From Candidatus Nanoarchaeia archaeon (GTDB taxonomy: Archaea > Nanobdellota > Nanobdellia > Woesearchaeales > GW2011-AR9), in contig DATDXI010000066.1 in NCBI GenBank assembly GCA_035289385.1, positions 1,548-65,547 on the forward strand: a stretch of DNA of 64,000 bases, in the 5' to 3' direction. Below are positions 18,331 through 27,992 of the stretch, piece after piece. Both the position numbers and the translations under genes were made by a program. The notes beneath the pieces are model-generated. The model did not search any database. It was not told the DNA's origin and saw only the letters and a program-made list of their open reading frames with translations. Position 1 is the stretch's first letter. Each line of letters begins with the position of its first letter.

Positions 18331-19398
18331 ATGAAAAAAGTTAATCCAAAAGTATTCTCAAAATCCCGGACAGATTTAGCTGGAGATATATTGTGTAATT
18401 CCCAGAGTTCAGAAGAGGAAAAAGATGAGGCTTTAGAGATATTGAGCAACTGGAGAGGTGCACATAGCTATCCCCTGCATGTTTTTAAACAGCGATTAAA
18501 AAATGTTTCTGAAAAAATAGATCCCTCTGCATTATCAGCACAGCGACTAAAACGTGTCCCTTCTATTATAAAGAAGCTTAACCGGGAATATGGCGGTAAA
18601 AAAGCCACGATGAAATTAACTCAAATGCAAGATATTGCTGGATGTAGGGCCGTTATGTCTAATGTATCATTGGCAAAAAAACTATATTTAGATCATTACA
18701 TAAAGGGTGATATAAAACATAAACGGGTAAATGAAAAAGATTATATCACTCATCCTAAGAAAGACGGGTATAGAAGTATTCATTTAATTTATAGATATCA
18801 TAGTGATAAAAAAGGAAGAATTAATTTCAATGGGTTATTGATTGAAGTCCAGATTAGATCTAAGTTGCAGCATATATGGGCTACAGCAATTGAAACTGTT
18901 GATTTTTTTACAAGACAAGCGATAAAATCAAATCAAGGTCAAGAAGATTGGGCAGATTTTTTTAGATTGGTAAGTTCTGCATTTGCTAAGTTTGAGGGGT
19001 GTCCAACAATACCAGAAACACCAACAGATGAAGAAGAACTCTACAAAATGATTAAGCAAAAAGAGATGGAGCTTCAGGTTAGAATAAAGATGAATCGTTG
19101 GGCAAAATCACTCAAGCTTTTTGATAATTTAAAAAATAAAAAGAATTTTCACTTTTTTCTATTGGAATTAGATACCATTCAAGAAAAACTAACTATCTCT
19201 GCATACTCCAAAAGACAAGAGCAAAAAGCTATCTTCGATTATGCAGCGGCTGAGAAAAAGATTTATGGCAGGGGAGAGTATGATGTTGTTCTAGTAGGTG
19301 CAGATACTGTTAAAGATTTGAAAAAAGCTTATCCCAATTACTTTCTTGATACTAAAGAATTCCTAATTAATCTTAATAAAGTTCTCAATAAACATTGA
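18331..19398 (+). CDS. RelA/SpoT-domain protein, fused CapRel-like toxin-antitoxin
   Basis: NWRGAHSYPL, RLKRVPSIIKKL, MQDIAGCR, DGYRSIH, EVQIRSKLQHIWAT, C-terminal AYPNYF. Confidence 0.85.
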   Translation: MKKVNPKVFSKSRTDLAGDILCNSQSSEEEKDEALEILSNWRGAHSYPLHVFKQRLKNVSEKIDPSALSAQRLKRVPSIIKKLNREYGGKKATMKLTQMQDIAGCRAVMSNVSLAKKLYLDHYIKGDIKHKRVNEKDYITHPKKDGYRSIHLIYRYHSDKKGRINFNGLLIEVQIRSKLQHIWATAIETVDFFTRQAIKSNQGQEDWADFFRLVSSAFAKFEGCPTIPETPTDEEELYKMIKQKEMELQVRIKMNRWAKSLKLFDNLKNKKNFHFFLLELDTIQEKLTISAYSKRQEQKAIFDYAAAEKKIYGRGEYDVVLVGADTVKDLKKAYPNYFLDTKEFLINLNKVLNKH

Positions 19399-19436
19399 GT
19401 TCTAATTATACTTATCTAATTAATCCCGTCGTAGAT

Positions 19437-20420
19437 TCATTTCCCAACTTTCAGCATCTCTTGATACGCCGGCATCCACGTTTCATAGATCATGATCAAG
19501 TGCTCGTAATTTCTTATGACGTGGGGAAAATGCATTCGGAGATCATTAATTATCTTGTTAAAATGCTGATAACTTTCTACGGCAAATTCAAATTCAACTT
19601 CCCAAGGGGCTAAGCTTCGGATGTAATAGAGGGAGTTAGGATGCCTTTTCATCCATTCAAATAATGCTCGTTCATCTTTCTCTGATAATGTCCTAAAATA
19701 AATAATAGCTTTAAAAAATTCTAATCCTAATTTATTTAAGTCAACTGCTATCCTATAGCTCAATATAATCTCTTTCTCCTCTAATTTTCTAATTCTTCCC
19801 CGAACTATCTCAATAGTTGAACTAACTTTTCGGGCTAATTCAGCAAGAGGAACTCTGGCATCATTGGCTAAGATGTTCAATATTTTAGAATCTACATCAT
19901 CTATAGTATTATGGACAACATCTCCTCCAAAAACAATATATTGGCCATCTTTTGAATCGGTGAAGAATTTTTTGGTATATTGTCTCGTATCTACCATCGT
20001 TCCAAGGATTTTACTTACAATAAGATGCTGCCATCTTGAAAGCAAATAATTTATTTTAGTGAAATAATCAGGTATATTTTTGGATAAAATAGCAAAAACA
20101 ACATCAAAAGCGCCGTCTGAAATCCCCATCCAATAAATGTCTGGATTTTTTTTTAGCTCTTCAAAGAACTTCTCTCGTTCTTCAGGAATATTTTCTAGCT
20201 TTAGATATACTTTAAACATGTAATATCCTAATTTGTTGGGGTTTATCGAGGTGATGAATTTCTCGATGATGCCTCTTTTTTGCAATTGTTGAATCCTATA
20301 TTTTACTGATTCTCGGGATTTATTTACTTTCTTGGCTAGGGCAATGTTGGAAATGCGGCAGTTCTTATCAAGTTCTGCCAATATTTTTCTATCCGTTAAA
20401 TCTAGGTTATATTTCTCCAT
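19437..20420 (-). CDS. Tandem Lrp/AsnC-family transcriptional regulator
   Basis: Two HTH+RAM modules; paralog of 16278-17231. Confidence 0.9.
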   Translation of the reverse strand: MEKYNLDLTDRKILAELDKNCRISNIALAKKVNKSRESVKYRIQQLQKRGIIEKFITSINPNKLGYYMFKVYLKLENIPEEREKFFEELKKNPDIYWMGISDGAFDVVFAILSKNIPDYFTKINYLLSRWQHLIVSKILGTMVDTRQYTKKFFTDSKDGQYIVFGGDVVHNTIDDVDSKILNILANDARVPLAELARKVSSTIEIVRGRIRKLEEKEIILSYRIAVDLNKLGLEFFKAIIYFRTLSEKDERALFEWMKRHPNSLYYIRSLAPWEVEFEFAVESYQHFNKIINDLRMHFPHVIRNYEHLIMIYETWMPAYQEMLKVGK

Positions 20421-20515
20421 TTTTGTCCAAAAGTTGTATTTTTATATAAATCTTTCTATAAAACGGTTAAAATTATAAAATAAGTTTATTATACTTGTAG
20501 TCACTATTGGGTAGT

Positions 20516-21904
20516 ATGAAAATTGATTTGATTCAGCCAAGACACAATTATGCACCCAAAGAAGGAATAGGGCATATCTATATGCCCACTTCTTTGTTAA
20601 CCGTAGGAGCAAGACTAGTCAATGCAGGAGTTGATGTCACATTTCATGATGAGAATATAACCCCTGCACAAATCTCCTCTGATTATGTTGGCTCTAATCT
20701 GTTGGGAGCGCCATATATTCCTGAAGTGATACAATTACAAGATCGGATTAGGAAGGAAGCTGGAGAAAAAACATTTTTTGTTGGTGGGCAAGTTGTTTCC
20801 GGATTAACTTCCGATCAATTGCAACGACTATTTGGAGATTCAACACATACGGGAAATGATGATTCTACATTAGCAAGAGTTCTGGGTATAGGTCAAAGAG
20901 CATTGGTTTCTCCAGAGAAAACTTCACTTATTCCTGCCTATGAACTGTTAGGAGATGCGGCAATGAAAGAATATCTTTCCAGAGAATTTTCTTTGTATGT
21001 TTCCCAAGGATGTGAAAAAGCCTGCAGTTTTTGCGGAGCGGACAGAACAACAAAAAATCCATTGACGGGGAAAACCAGGAAGGTCAGCGAGCGTTATAGA
21101 GATATTGGCATCATCCAGGATGATTTGAAGTATTTGGTAAATACGGCAGATTCATTTGGCATAGATCATTTAGATATGTATATGTCTAATTTAGATGTAT
21201 TCCAGACGCCTGGCCAATTGCTCCGATTCGCTTATGCTGTACAGGAAGTTCAGCAGGCTAATCCCAGTGTTAAGATCAATCTTCGTGGTTTAGCGACAGT
21301 GGAGCATTTCTTAAAAACGAGAAAAGGCATGCCAAAAAGTATTGAAGAGCTCGTCAAAGCCGGCTTCTATACTGTTGGCTTTGGTGTTGATGGCTGGGGC
21401 AAAGAGGAATGGGCTGCCTTGAGAAAAGGGCATAATACTGAAGAAGGCTGTTTGGAAGCAATCAGGTCTACAAGAGAGGATTTTGGCATCACTCCAGAAA
21501 TATTAATGGTATTTGGCAATCCCAGAACAACTAAAGAAAAGACCATCAGGGCAGCATTCGAAGTGACTGAAATGGTCGTTGAAGAGTATGGCGCAGTTCC
21601 AAGGCCGCATGTTTCTAAGGATTTTATTCCGGGAAATGAAGGCTGGATGGCTTTGGAATATGCTGCTGCCATAGAAGATTTACTGCAGCATCCGGAATCA
21701 TTTCAATCCCTTGATTTTACGGCGCTTCCTTCTCCGTCAACGCATCCTGATGAAACAGTGAGGGCATTAGCCACAGAATACTTTTTGAAGATGTGCGAAC
21801 TACCTGGGAACACAACGCTGCATGTCCAGCCAATAACTCCAGACATGACTCCTGAGCAAGTGGAAGCAGTGCGGCAATTTAACCAAGGAAGATATGACCG
21901 GTAG
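20516..21904 (+). CDS. Radical SAM protein with B12-binding-like N-terminal domain
   Basis: SQGCEKACSFC (CxxxCxxC); N-terminal IDLIQP...PTSLL...VGG. Confidence 0.85.
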   Translation: MKIDLIQPRHNYAPKEGIGHIYMPTSLLTVGARLVNAGVDVTFHDENITPAQISSDYVGSNLLGAPYIPEVIQLQDRIRKEAGEKTFFVGGQVVSGLTSDQLQRLFGDSTHTGNDDSTLARVLGIGQRALVSPEKTSLIPAYELLGDAAMKEYLSREFSLYVSQGCEKACSFCGADRTTKNPLTGKTRKVSERYRDIGIIQDDLKYLVNTADSFGIDHLDMYMSNLDVFQTPGQLLRFAYAVQEVQQANPSVKINLRGLATVEHFLKTRKGMPKSIEELVKAGFYTVGFGVDGWGKEEWAALRKGHNTEEGCLEAIRSTREDFGITPEILMVFGNPRTTKEKTIRAAFEVTEMVVEEYGAVPRPHVSKDFIPGNEGWMALEYAAAIEDLLQHPESFQSLDFTALPSPSTHPDETVRALATEYFLKMCELPGNTTLHVQPITPDMTPEQVEAVRQFNQGRYDR

Positions 21905-22059
21905 TTTTCTTGCATCGAAAATGCTGTTACTGACATCTTTTTACTTTCTTGACCATTGATAATTCCCTGCGTAGCATATTATTTTTTGGAGAAGTTCCGT
22001 AGTTCAAGGTATGGAATTATTGAGGTAGATTTATAAGTTTCAGATTGTTTCCTTTAGTC

Positions 22060-22467
22060 ATGGAAAAAGAGATAAAATATCCTACTGTAGAGCAAATCAT
22101 AGAGTACAACGTCTTGGCTATTACATTGATAAAAGTAAAAAAAGCTGATTGTCCACAAGTCCTCAGCCATGCAAGGATAGAGCTCATTATTAAGAATTGT
22201 AAAGAGCTGGATGAAAATTTATATGATAAAGCAGTGTGCTTGTTGAAGGGAATAATTCAATTACACCCATTTGCGAGCGGAAACAGAAGAACGGCGTTTG
22301 TTGTTGCAAAGGAATTCTTGAAAGAAAACGGAGGAAAGTTTAATATAGACGATGACCCTAAACAAGCTAAGGTAATGTTAGGGATACGCGAAAAATATTA
22401 TACTGATAAGGAAATTAAGGAGTGGATTCAACATGGAAAAATCAAAGAGTTCAAAAGATTTGAATGA
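22060..22467 (+). CDS. Fic/Doc family toxin
   Basis: HPFASGNRRTA motif. Confidence 0.9.
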   Translation: MEKEIKYPTVEQIIEYNVLAITLIKVKKADCPQVLSHARIELIIKNCKELDENLYDKAVCLLKGIIQLHPFASGNRRTAFVVAKEFLKENGGKFNIDDDPKQAKVMLGIREKYYTDKEIKEWIQHGKIKEFKRFE

Positions 22468-22564
22468 GAAACAAAAGTATAAGATTGTAGTAGAAGAAAT
22501 AAATAAGTTTAATGATCTTATCAAAGGGCATAGAAAAATTCTGGAAGCTATCGGTAGTTTGTAA
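22433..22564 (+). CDS. 43-aa putative antitoxin (not in ORF track)
   Basis: MEKSKSSKDL...KGHRKILEAIGSL, overlapping the Fic gene 3' end. Confidence 0.55.
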   Translation: MEKSKSSKDLNEKQKYKIVVEEINKFNDLIKGHRKILEAIGSL

Positions 22565-22717
22565 ATTATTTATCACTATAGGATTTTGATCTTTGCATCA
22601 CCCTGGTCGGTGCACAATCATCTTGTTGATCTATGTACTAAACTGTAAACTATTCCTGATGAACCATGTGTTTGTCTTTTAATGAGATGAGTAAATTTTT
22701 ATAATTTTGTTGTTCTT

Positions 22718-23173
22718 CTACTTCACATTCATAAACTCAAATTCAGAATAGCGATGAGGTTTAGCGATCTTATACCCTAATGCCAGCATCTTTGCTTCAT
22801 AGCCGTAAAATTTTCCTTCCTGAACTGCCGTGCAGCGTGGAGAAAGTTTCACTTCTTTTTTTTCTCGATCCAAGAAGATAGGATAATCCCCACAGACTTT
22901 TGGCCTGTTAGGATTCTTATAGATGGAACATTTCCAGTCTTTTAAAGAAGGGCAGGGCTTATCATGCTTTCCCATGAATAAGGAATATTGGTCATCTCCT
23001 ATTTTTGTCACTTCTGCCGTTTCTTTTCCTTTGGTGACTGCCTGGAGTTCAACTGTGTTTAGGGGAAGAAAGCCTTTATGGCAGCAAAGAGCATGGCATT
23101 CTTCATAGCAGAATCTGCTGATAGAATTTCTGGCTTCTGCGGTTAGTTTTATATCTTGATCTGCCTGGGACAT
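22718..23173 (-). CDS. YkgJ-family cysteine cluster protein
   Basis: CYEECHALCC, CPSL...CSIY..RP.VC..YP. Confidence 0.85.
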   Translation of the reverse strand: MSQADQDIKLTAEARNSISRFCYEECHALCCHKGFLPLNTVELQAVTKGKETAEVTKIGDDQYSLFMGKHDKPCPSLKDWKCSIYKNPNRPKVCGDYPIFLDREKKEVKLSPRCTAVQEGKFYGYEAKMLALGYKIAKPHRYSEFEFMNVK

Positions 23174-23269
23174 GATGATATACTCGCCCAGAGAAGAGTT
23201 AATAAACGTATCTGAAAGAAATGCCAGTATAGAAATCTATTTATAATCTAGCCAGCTTGAATATTGAAG

Positions 23270-23818
23270 ATGATTCTCTCTGATAGAACAATACAGGAAT
23301 TTATTGAAAGAGGAAAGATAAAAATCCTTCCTTCAGTAGATACAAAGAATATTCGGCCAACCGGCATTAGGCTGCATCTTGGTGATGAACTGTTGATTCC
23401 TTTACCTTCACAAACTATCGATCTCTCTGCTTCTCCTGAAATACAATACAACAAAATAAATATCCATAAAGAGTGGTATATCCTTCAACCGGGAGAATTT
23501 GTTCTAGGTACAACAAAAGAGAGCATTCATTTAGCAGAGGGCATTGTTGGAAAGCTTGATGGAAGAAGCACGTTTGCGAGACTGGGCTTACTGATCCATT
23601 GTTCATCTGATACTGTTGATGGGAACCATGAGCATCCCAGAGCCATCGTATTAGAAATGAAGAATATCGGGAATTTGAATCTCAAAGTGAAATCAGGTAT
23701 TCCCATCGCCATGATCCTCTTTCATACATTAACAGAACCAATCCAGCAAAAAAGCCAAGCGCAATATGCCCATCAGACGGGTGTTCAACCGGCAAATTTA
23801 AGTGGTCAACTCAAATAA
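23270..23818 (+). CDS. dcd: dCTP deaminase
   Basis: ILSDRTI, LQPGEFVL, GRSTFARLGL. Confidence 0.88.
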   Translation: MILSDRTIQEFIERGKIKILPSVDTKNIRPTGIRLHLGDELLIPLPSQTIDLSASPEIQYNKINIHKEWYILQPGEFVLGTTKESIHLAEGIVGKLDGRSTFARLGLLIHCSSDTVDGNHEHPRAIVLEMKNIGNLNLKVKSGIPIAMILFHTLTEPIQQKSQAQYAHQTGVQPANLSGQLK

Positions 23819-23843
23819 ATGCATCTCTTTTCAGATCCTTTTC

Positions 23844-25040
23844 ATGAACATCCAACGCATAAAATACAAAGACATTGAACAGCTTCCTCAGTTTCTCGGT
23901 AAAGCCAATTTCAAACAGCACTTTCAAGGCTCTTCTCCTGCTCCGTTTATCGGCCGGTTTGGCTATCCTAAAGTGAATATCGGCTTTCTCTCTCCCCAAT
24001 TATCGGGAGATACATCCTATTACGATGCCCCCAAAGATTGGAGTCAACAAAACGCTTCCATCACCAATATCGCTTCCTTAAGATATGGCTTAGTTAATTC
24101 CAGAACGCAAAATAGCGTGAAAGATCTTTCCAACTCTAGCAGGTTTTTAGAGATCATCCAAGAAGTGGGCATGGCTTCAAAGCCAGTTGAATTAGAAGTC
24201 AGCTTGAACAAGGTGCCTCGGCTTGATGTAAAGATGGAAAAGGAAGTTGCTCCCTTTGGTCCTGCTTCAGGATTACAAAAAGCGAGAATTACGGCTAATG
24301 CCAAGGTAGATTCTCGTGTGGAGAGAGTTGTCTCTGATACGGACTTAAAAGCAGCTCCAGGAATCATTAGCTTATATCAAAAAGGATTTACGGAACATTT
24401 TCTGGCAAAATTGCTCTCTGTCGGCAATACAGGATTGAAGGAAAACCGAAAGTTAGTTCCGACGAGATGGTCAATAACAGCCGTTGATGATACGCTGGGG
24501 AAAACCATGATCAAGGAAATAAAAGATTATCCTCTTGGTGATTATCAAGCCTATTTTGGCGGATCATGGGGGAACTATTATCTTATCCTCTGTTTCCCTC
24601 AAGTTTGGGAATATGAATTGTTTGAGTCCTACGTTAACTATCAGATCAACCCTTGGAGCAAAAAAGGATATTTCTATTCTACGGACTATGAGAGTTATGA
24701 AGGAAGAAAAACATATGCTGAAGAGACGGCAGGGGGATATTATGCTAACCGTTTAGCCGTTGTAGAAAAATTGAAGGAGATCAAGCGCCAAAGTTCCGTT
24801 TTAACGCTACGTTTTATCACGTCCGAATATAACATTCCGTTGGGTGTATGGGTCTGTCGGGAAGCGAGCAGAAAATCGTTAGCAGAAAAGCCGCTCACGT
24901 TTTCTTCCCAAGAACTGATGCTGAGTTATGCTCAAGCCCTTATCCAGAAGAAGTTTGGCTTTGACCTTACCATATTATTGAAAGAATCAAAGCTGTTAAG
25001 GGAGAAGAAGGAACAGAAGAGGTTGGGAGAATATTGTTAA
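23844..25040 (+). CDS. nreA: Nre-family DNA repair protein
   Basis: SSPAPFIGRFGYP, LVPTRWSITAVD, GGYYA.RL, PLGVW; C-terminal PIP-like QKRLGEY. Confidence 0.88.
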   Translation: MNIQRIKYKDIEQLPQFLGKANFKQHFQGSSPAPFIGRFGYPKVNIGFLSPQLSGDTSYYDAPKDWSQQNASITNIASLRYGLVNSRTQNSVKDLSNSSRFLEIIQEVGMASKPVELEVSLNKVPRLDVKMEKEVAPFGPASGLQKARITANAKVDSRVERVVSDTDLKAAPGIISLYQKGFTEHFLAKLLSVGNTGLKENRKLVPTRWSITAVDDTLGKTMIKEIKDYPLGDYQAYFGGSWGNYYLILCFPQVWEYELFESYVNYQINPWSKKGYFYSTDYESYEGRKTYAEETAGGYYANRLAVVEKLKEIKRQSSVLTLRFITSEYNIPLGVWVCREASRKSLAEKPLTFSSQELMLSYAQALIQKKFGFDLTILLKESKLLREKKEQKRLGEYC

Positions 25041-25199
25041 GGATTTTCTAATGACTAAAATCCTTCTAAAACTTAAAATATCTAATCAGCGAATCGAATC
25101 ATGTTAGCAATTTTCATGGCCGGCAGTTACTATTTTTCCAGAATGAAGAAACTTTATATACTAAACTAGTTTATCACTTTTTGCTTTTATGGGGGTACC

Positions 25200-25334
25200 A
25201 TGGCAGCAGTGGGAGGTGGAGTTCAGATGAATATTGATAGGGAATTTGAGGATTTTGTGAGGAAGAATTATAAAAAACTTACTCAGGCTGAGCGAAAGAT
25301 TTGTGAGCAGTTAGGCTTAAGTGTTCCTTGTTAA
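25200..25334 (+). CDS. Possible 44-aa protein
   Basis: MAAVGGGVQMNIDREFEDFVRKNY...; TTTATATA box at ~25153. Confidence 0.4.
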   Translation: MAAVGGGVQMNIDREFEDFVRKNYKKLTQAERKICEQLGLSVPC

Positions 25335-25337
25335 GTG

Positions 25338-25652
25338 TTAATGGCTGTCATCGTGATCATGGTGTTGATCGTGATGGGCTTTGCTTTTTTCTTTTCCATC
25401 TTTTCTTTTAAAAATCCAGGCAGCGATGATGATAGCAGCTCCAAGAATAAGTGAAGGGATGATATAATTGCTGTCTTTAACGATAACTTGTTCAGGATAC
25501 TGATGGCATTCATTATCGCTGCCACAATAGCTATCGTCAGAGCAGTCTGCGTTTTTATTACATTCCCGTGAGGCAAGATTGACTAGAAATAATCCTAAGA
25601 GAATAATCACGAGGATGACGGCAATAAGCCCTATGCTTCCTTTTTTGTCCAT
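25338..25652 (-). CDS. Small membrane protein with class III-like signal peptide, Cys-rich loop and His-rich tail
   Basis: MDKKG|SIGLIAV; ECNKNADC...CGSDNECH; second TM segment; HHDQHHDH. Confidence 0.75.
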   Translation of the reverse strand: MDKKGSIGLIAVILVIILLGLFLVNLASRECNKNADCSDDSYCGSDNECHQYPEQVIVKDSNYIIPSLILGAAIIIAAWIFKRKDGKEKSKAHHDQHHDHDDSH

Positions 25653-25781
25653 GAATTATGCTGGATAGGGGCTATTTTTAAATTTTCTGGAGTTTAAGCT
25701 CATTTATTGGTGCGGCTTACCTCTTAACTTAATACGCCCTAACCAGAAACATTTATATGTCCAAAGCTATTCATTCCAGGC

Positions 25782-26183
25782 ATGAAGAAGCTGTATGAGA
25801 TGTCCTGGTGGCAGAAGATCTTCAAAAAAGAGGTTAAGAAGAAAAGAGAGGATGCCTTAAGCAGTATTACTGCCGTCCGGGAATTCTTAGCTGAAGTGCC
25901 AGATCAGCTTAAAGCGATGAAGCCTTTACTCTTGCAGCTTGAGGAATTAGAAAAAGAGCGTCTTGTTGCCAAGCCCAGTATTGTTAAGCTGAATCTTGAA
26001 GCTCAAAGCGACGTCTTTGAGAAGTTGCTGGATAGGTATGAATTTTTCCAGGATGATGTGGATATCAATGGGTTAAGGATCAAGCAATTGTCTCGTGACT
26101 TTCTAGAGCATGCTAAGAAGGCTGGATTGAAAGAGCTCGTTCAGGAGAAACTTAAAACACAGAAATGGAAATGGGGATGGTAG
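25782..26183 (+). CDS. Hypothetical protein
   Basis: 133-aa ORF with TATA upstream. Confidence 0.7.
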   Translation: MKKLYEMSWWQKIFKKEVKKKREDALSSITAVREFLAEVPDQLKAMKPLLLQLEELEKERLVAKPSIVKLNLEAQSDVFEKLLDRYEFFQDDVDINGLRIKQLSRDFLEHAKKAGLKELVQEKLKTQKWKWGW

Positions 26184-26205
26184 GAACATATTCTACCTTC
26201 ACATT

Positions 26206-26769
26206 CTACCCAATAAAAATCTTATGCTTATCTTTGCCTTCCAATTCTAGCAAGATTCTTTTAACGACAACCTGTTTGGGGTTGGGTAGTAATTTTACTC
26301 TGGTTTTCAAATCTTCAAAGCTCTCAAAGGGCTTCTCTTTTCTTGCTTCTAAGATTTCCCACATGTGCTTCTTCCCCAGTCCTGGAAGTAATTCTAGCTG
26401 GTGCATCCTCATAGTTAATGGCTGAGCTTTGTTAAAAAAATCGAGGAATCTCTGCTCATTCTTATCAATTTCGGTTTCCAAGGCATGGGGCAATTCGCTT
26501 CTAGCCGTAGAGGTCAGCTTATCTAAGGGTATCCTTCCTTTGATATGGTGGATCTCATCCCGCTTCCCTTCGCCGATATATACTTCAGCATATGGTTGAA
26601 GGTGCACTCCTTTCTTAGGAACCAATTCTAGCAGCGTGAGATGTGTTGTTCCTAAAGCTTGCGCTATCGACGTCTTCATGCTTCCCGTTTCAAAAGCATA
26701 GCCATGCTCTAAGTAATCGAGGATGATCGCTTGCTCTTCACGGACTTGCCTCTGCTGAAAGTGTTCCAT
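26206..26769 (-). CDS. DUF655 putative RNA-binding protein
   Basis: LDYL, LLEL, RMHQLELLPGLGKK, FESFEDL; usual context after rpl21e-rpoF. Confidence 0.92.
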   Translation of the reverse strand: MEHFQQRQVREEQAIILDYLEHGYAFETGSMKTSIAQALGTTHLTLLELVPKKGVHLQPYAEVYIGEGKRDEIHHIKGRIPLDKLTSTARSELPHALETEIDKNEQRFLDFFNKAQPLTMRMHQLELLPGLGKKHMWEILEARKEKPFESFEDLKTRVKLLPNPKQVVVKRILLELEGKDKHKIFIG

Positions 26770-26878
26770 TTTAGTGGATTAATAAGTTTAAGTTTATTAA
26801 GATTATGGTTGTTGAAGCGGAGAAGATTTGCTTTGGTGGAGAGAATTTGCTTTTGTGCTGTCTAAATCATAAAAAGAC

Positions 26879-27226
26879 TTAAGAAATTTTTGGCAAAGCA
26901 TCCATTACTTCTTGCAATCGTCGTTGATAATAATCGCTGCGAACGTGGCTGCCATAGGTGGTAATAACACTTAACGCGAGTGGAAGGTCTTGTCCTTTTA
27001 CCGCTAAGGCTGCGGCACTAACGATTAATGCTTGATAGAATTCGAGGTGACGCCGCTCAGGGGGATATGCTGCTAGGGCAGTTTTCTCCTTTTCCGCAGC
27101 TTGAGCATATAACTCTCGTGCAGCTCTGGGATTAGTATGAAGCTCTCGTTCTGCTCTCAGCGCTAAATCCTCGGATTCTTCATGATTCTTTCCCCATAAG
27201 CCCTGACTGTTTAATTGGCCAAACAT
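26879..27226 (-). CDS. Hypothetical protein between rpoF and DUF655
   Basis: 115-aa helical ORF. Confidence 0.65.
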   Translation of the reverse strand: MFGQLNSQGLWGKNHEESEDLALRAERELHTNPRAARELYAQAAEKEKTALAAYPPERRHLEFYQALIVSAAALAVKGQDLPLALSVITTYGSHVRSDYYQRRLQEVMDALPKIS

Positions 27227-27280
27227 AGTTCTTTCACCTCATCTTCATTCCTAACCTCGTAACAACCTCAGAAAAAAACG

Positions 27281-27625
27281 TTAAACAAAATCTTTAACTA
27301 CGCCTACAATTGCTTCCTGATCTTTCTTGGGCAAGCTTAAGGGGTATGCCTGTAAGACGATCTTTAAATCATTGGCAGTTGTGGGCAAGAAATTGATGAT
27401 ATTGGCGATATGCTCTCCTTTCAATCTTGTCAAGTCCAGAGCAACTAATTTTTTGTGTAAATCTTTCTGCTTGCTGGCAGATAAGGTTACAAATGCATCT
27501 AAGTATTCTTTTGCTTTGTTGGACAGAAAATTCATCTCTTTGTCACGCTGTTCGATATGTCCTATAGCTTCTTTTACTTCAACCAGCGATAACGTTTTCT
27601 CTTCAACGAATAGTGGATTTGCCAT
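27281..27625 (-). CDS. rpoF: RNA polymerase subunit Rpo4 (F)
   Basis: Size, LSLVEVKE and IINFLP.T..DL; follows rpl21e. Confidence 0.88.
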   Translation of the reverse strand: MANPLFVEEKTLSLVEVKEAIGHIEQRDKEMNFLSNKAKEYLDAFVTLSASKQKDLHKKLVALDLTRLKGEHIANIINFLPTTANDLKIVLQAYPLSLPKKDQEAIVGVVKDFV

Positions 27626-27626
27626 A

Positions 27627-27917
27627 TTATAATCTCTTTAAGTGGATAGGATGGACACAGACCGTCTTTTGCTTGTCGCCATCTTTGATCTGCACTTCAT
27701 AACATTCGCCTTTCTTGCCTTTAACAACGCCAGACAAGCCATGAAACCGTGAATGGAAACGCCCTTTAGTGACTCTGGGGCTTATTTTTAAGCCAACAGT
27801 CTCTCCTGAATTGAACACCTGAAAATACTTGCTGAGAGAGAGCTTGCCTTTTTCCCGAAGGCTTAACTTGAACTTATATCGGGTTTTCCTCTGCGTCGTA
27901 CCGATTCTTTTTACCAT
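27627..27917 (-). CDS. rpl21e: 50S ribosomal protein L21e
   Basis: RKTR, GRFHSRFHGLSG, HPIHLK. Confidence 0.95.
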   Translation of the reverse strand: MVKRIGTTQRKTRYKFKLSLREKGKLSLSKYFQVFNSGETVGLKISPRVTKGRFHSRFHGLSGVVKGKKGECYEVQIKDGDKQKTVCVHPIHLKRL

Positions 27918-27992
27918 ATTTACGCTTATGTTCAGCGATTGTTTATAAATCTTTTGGGGGTGTCTTTGGGTAGCTGCCTTATAGCTGTATCC

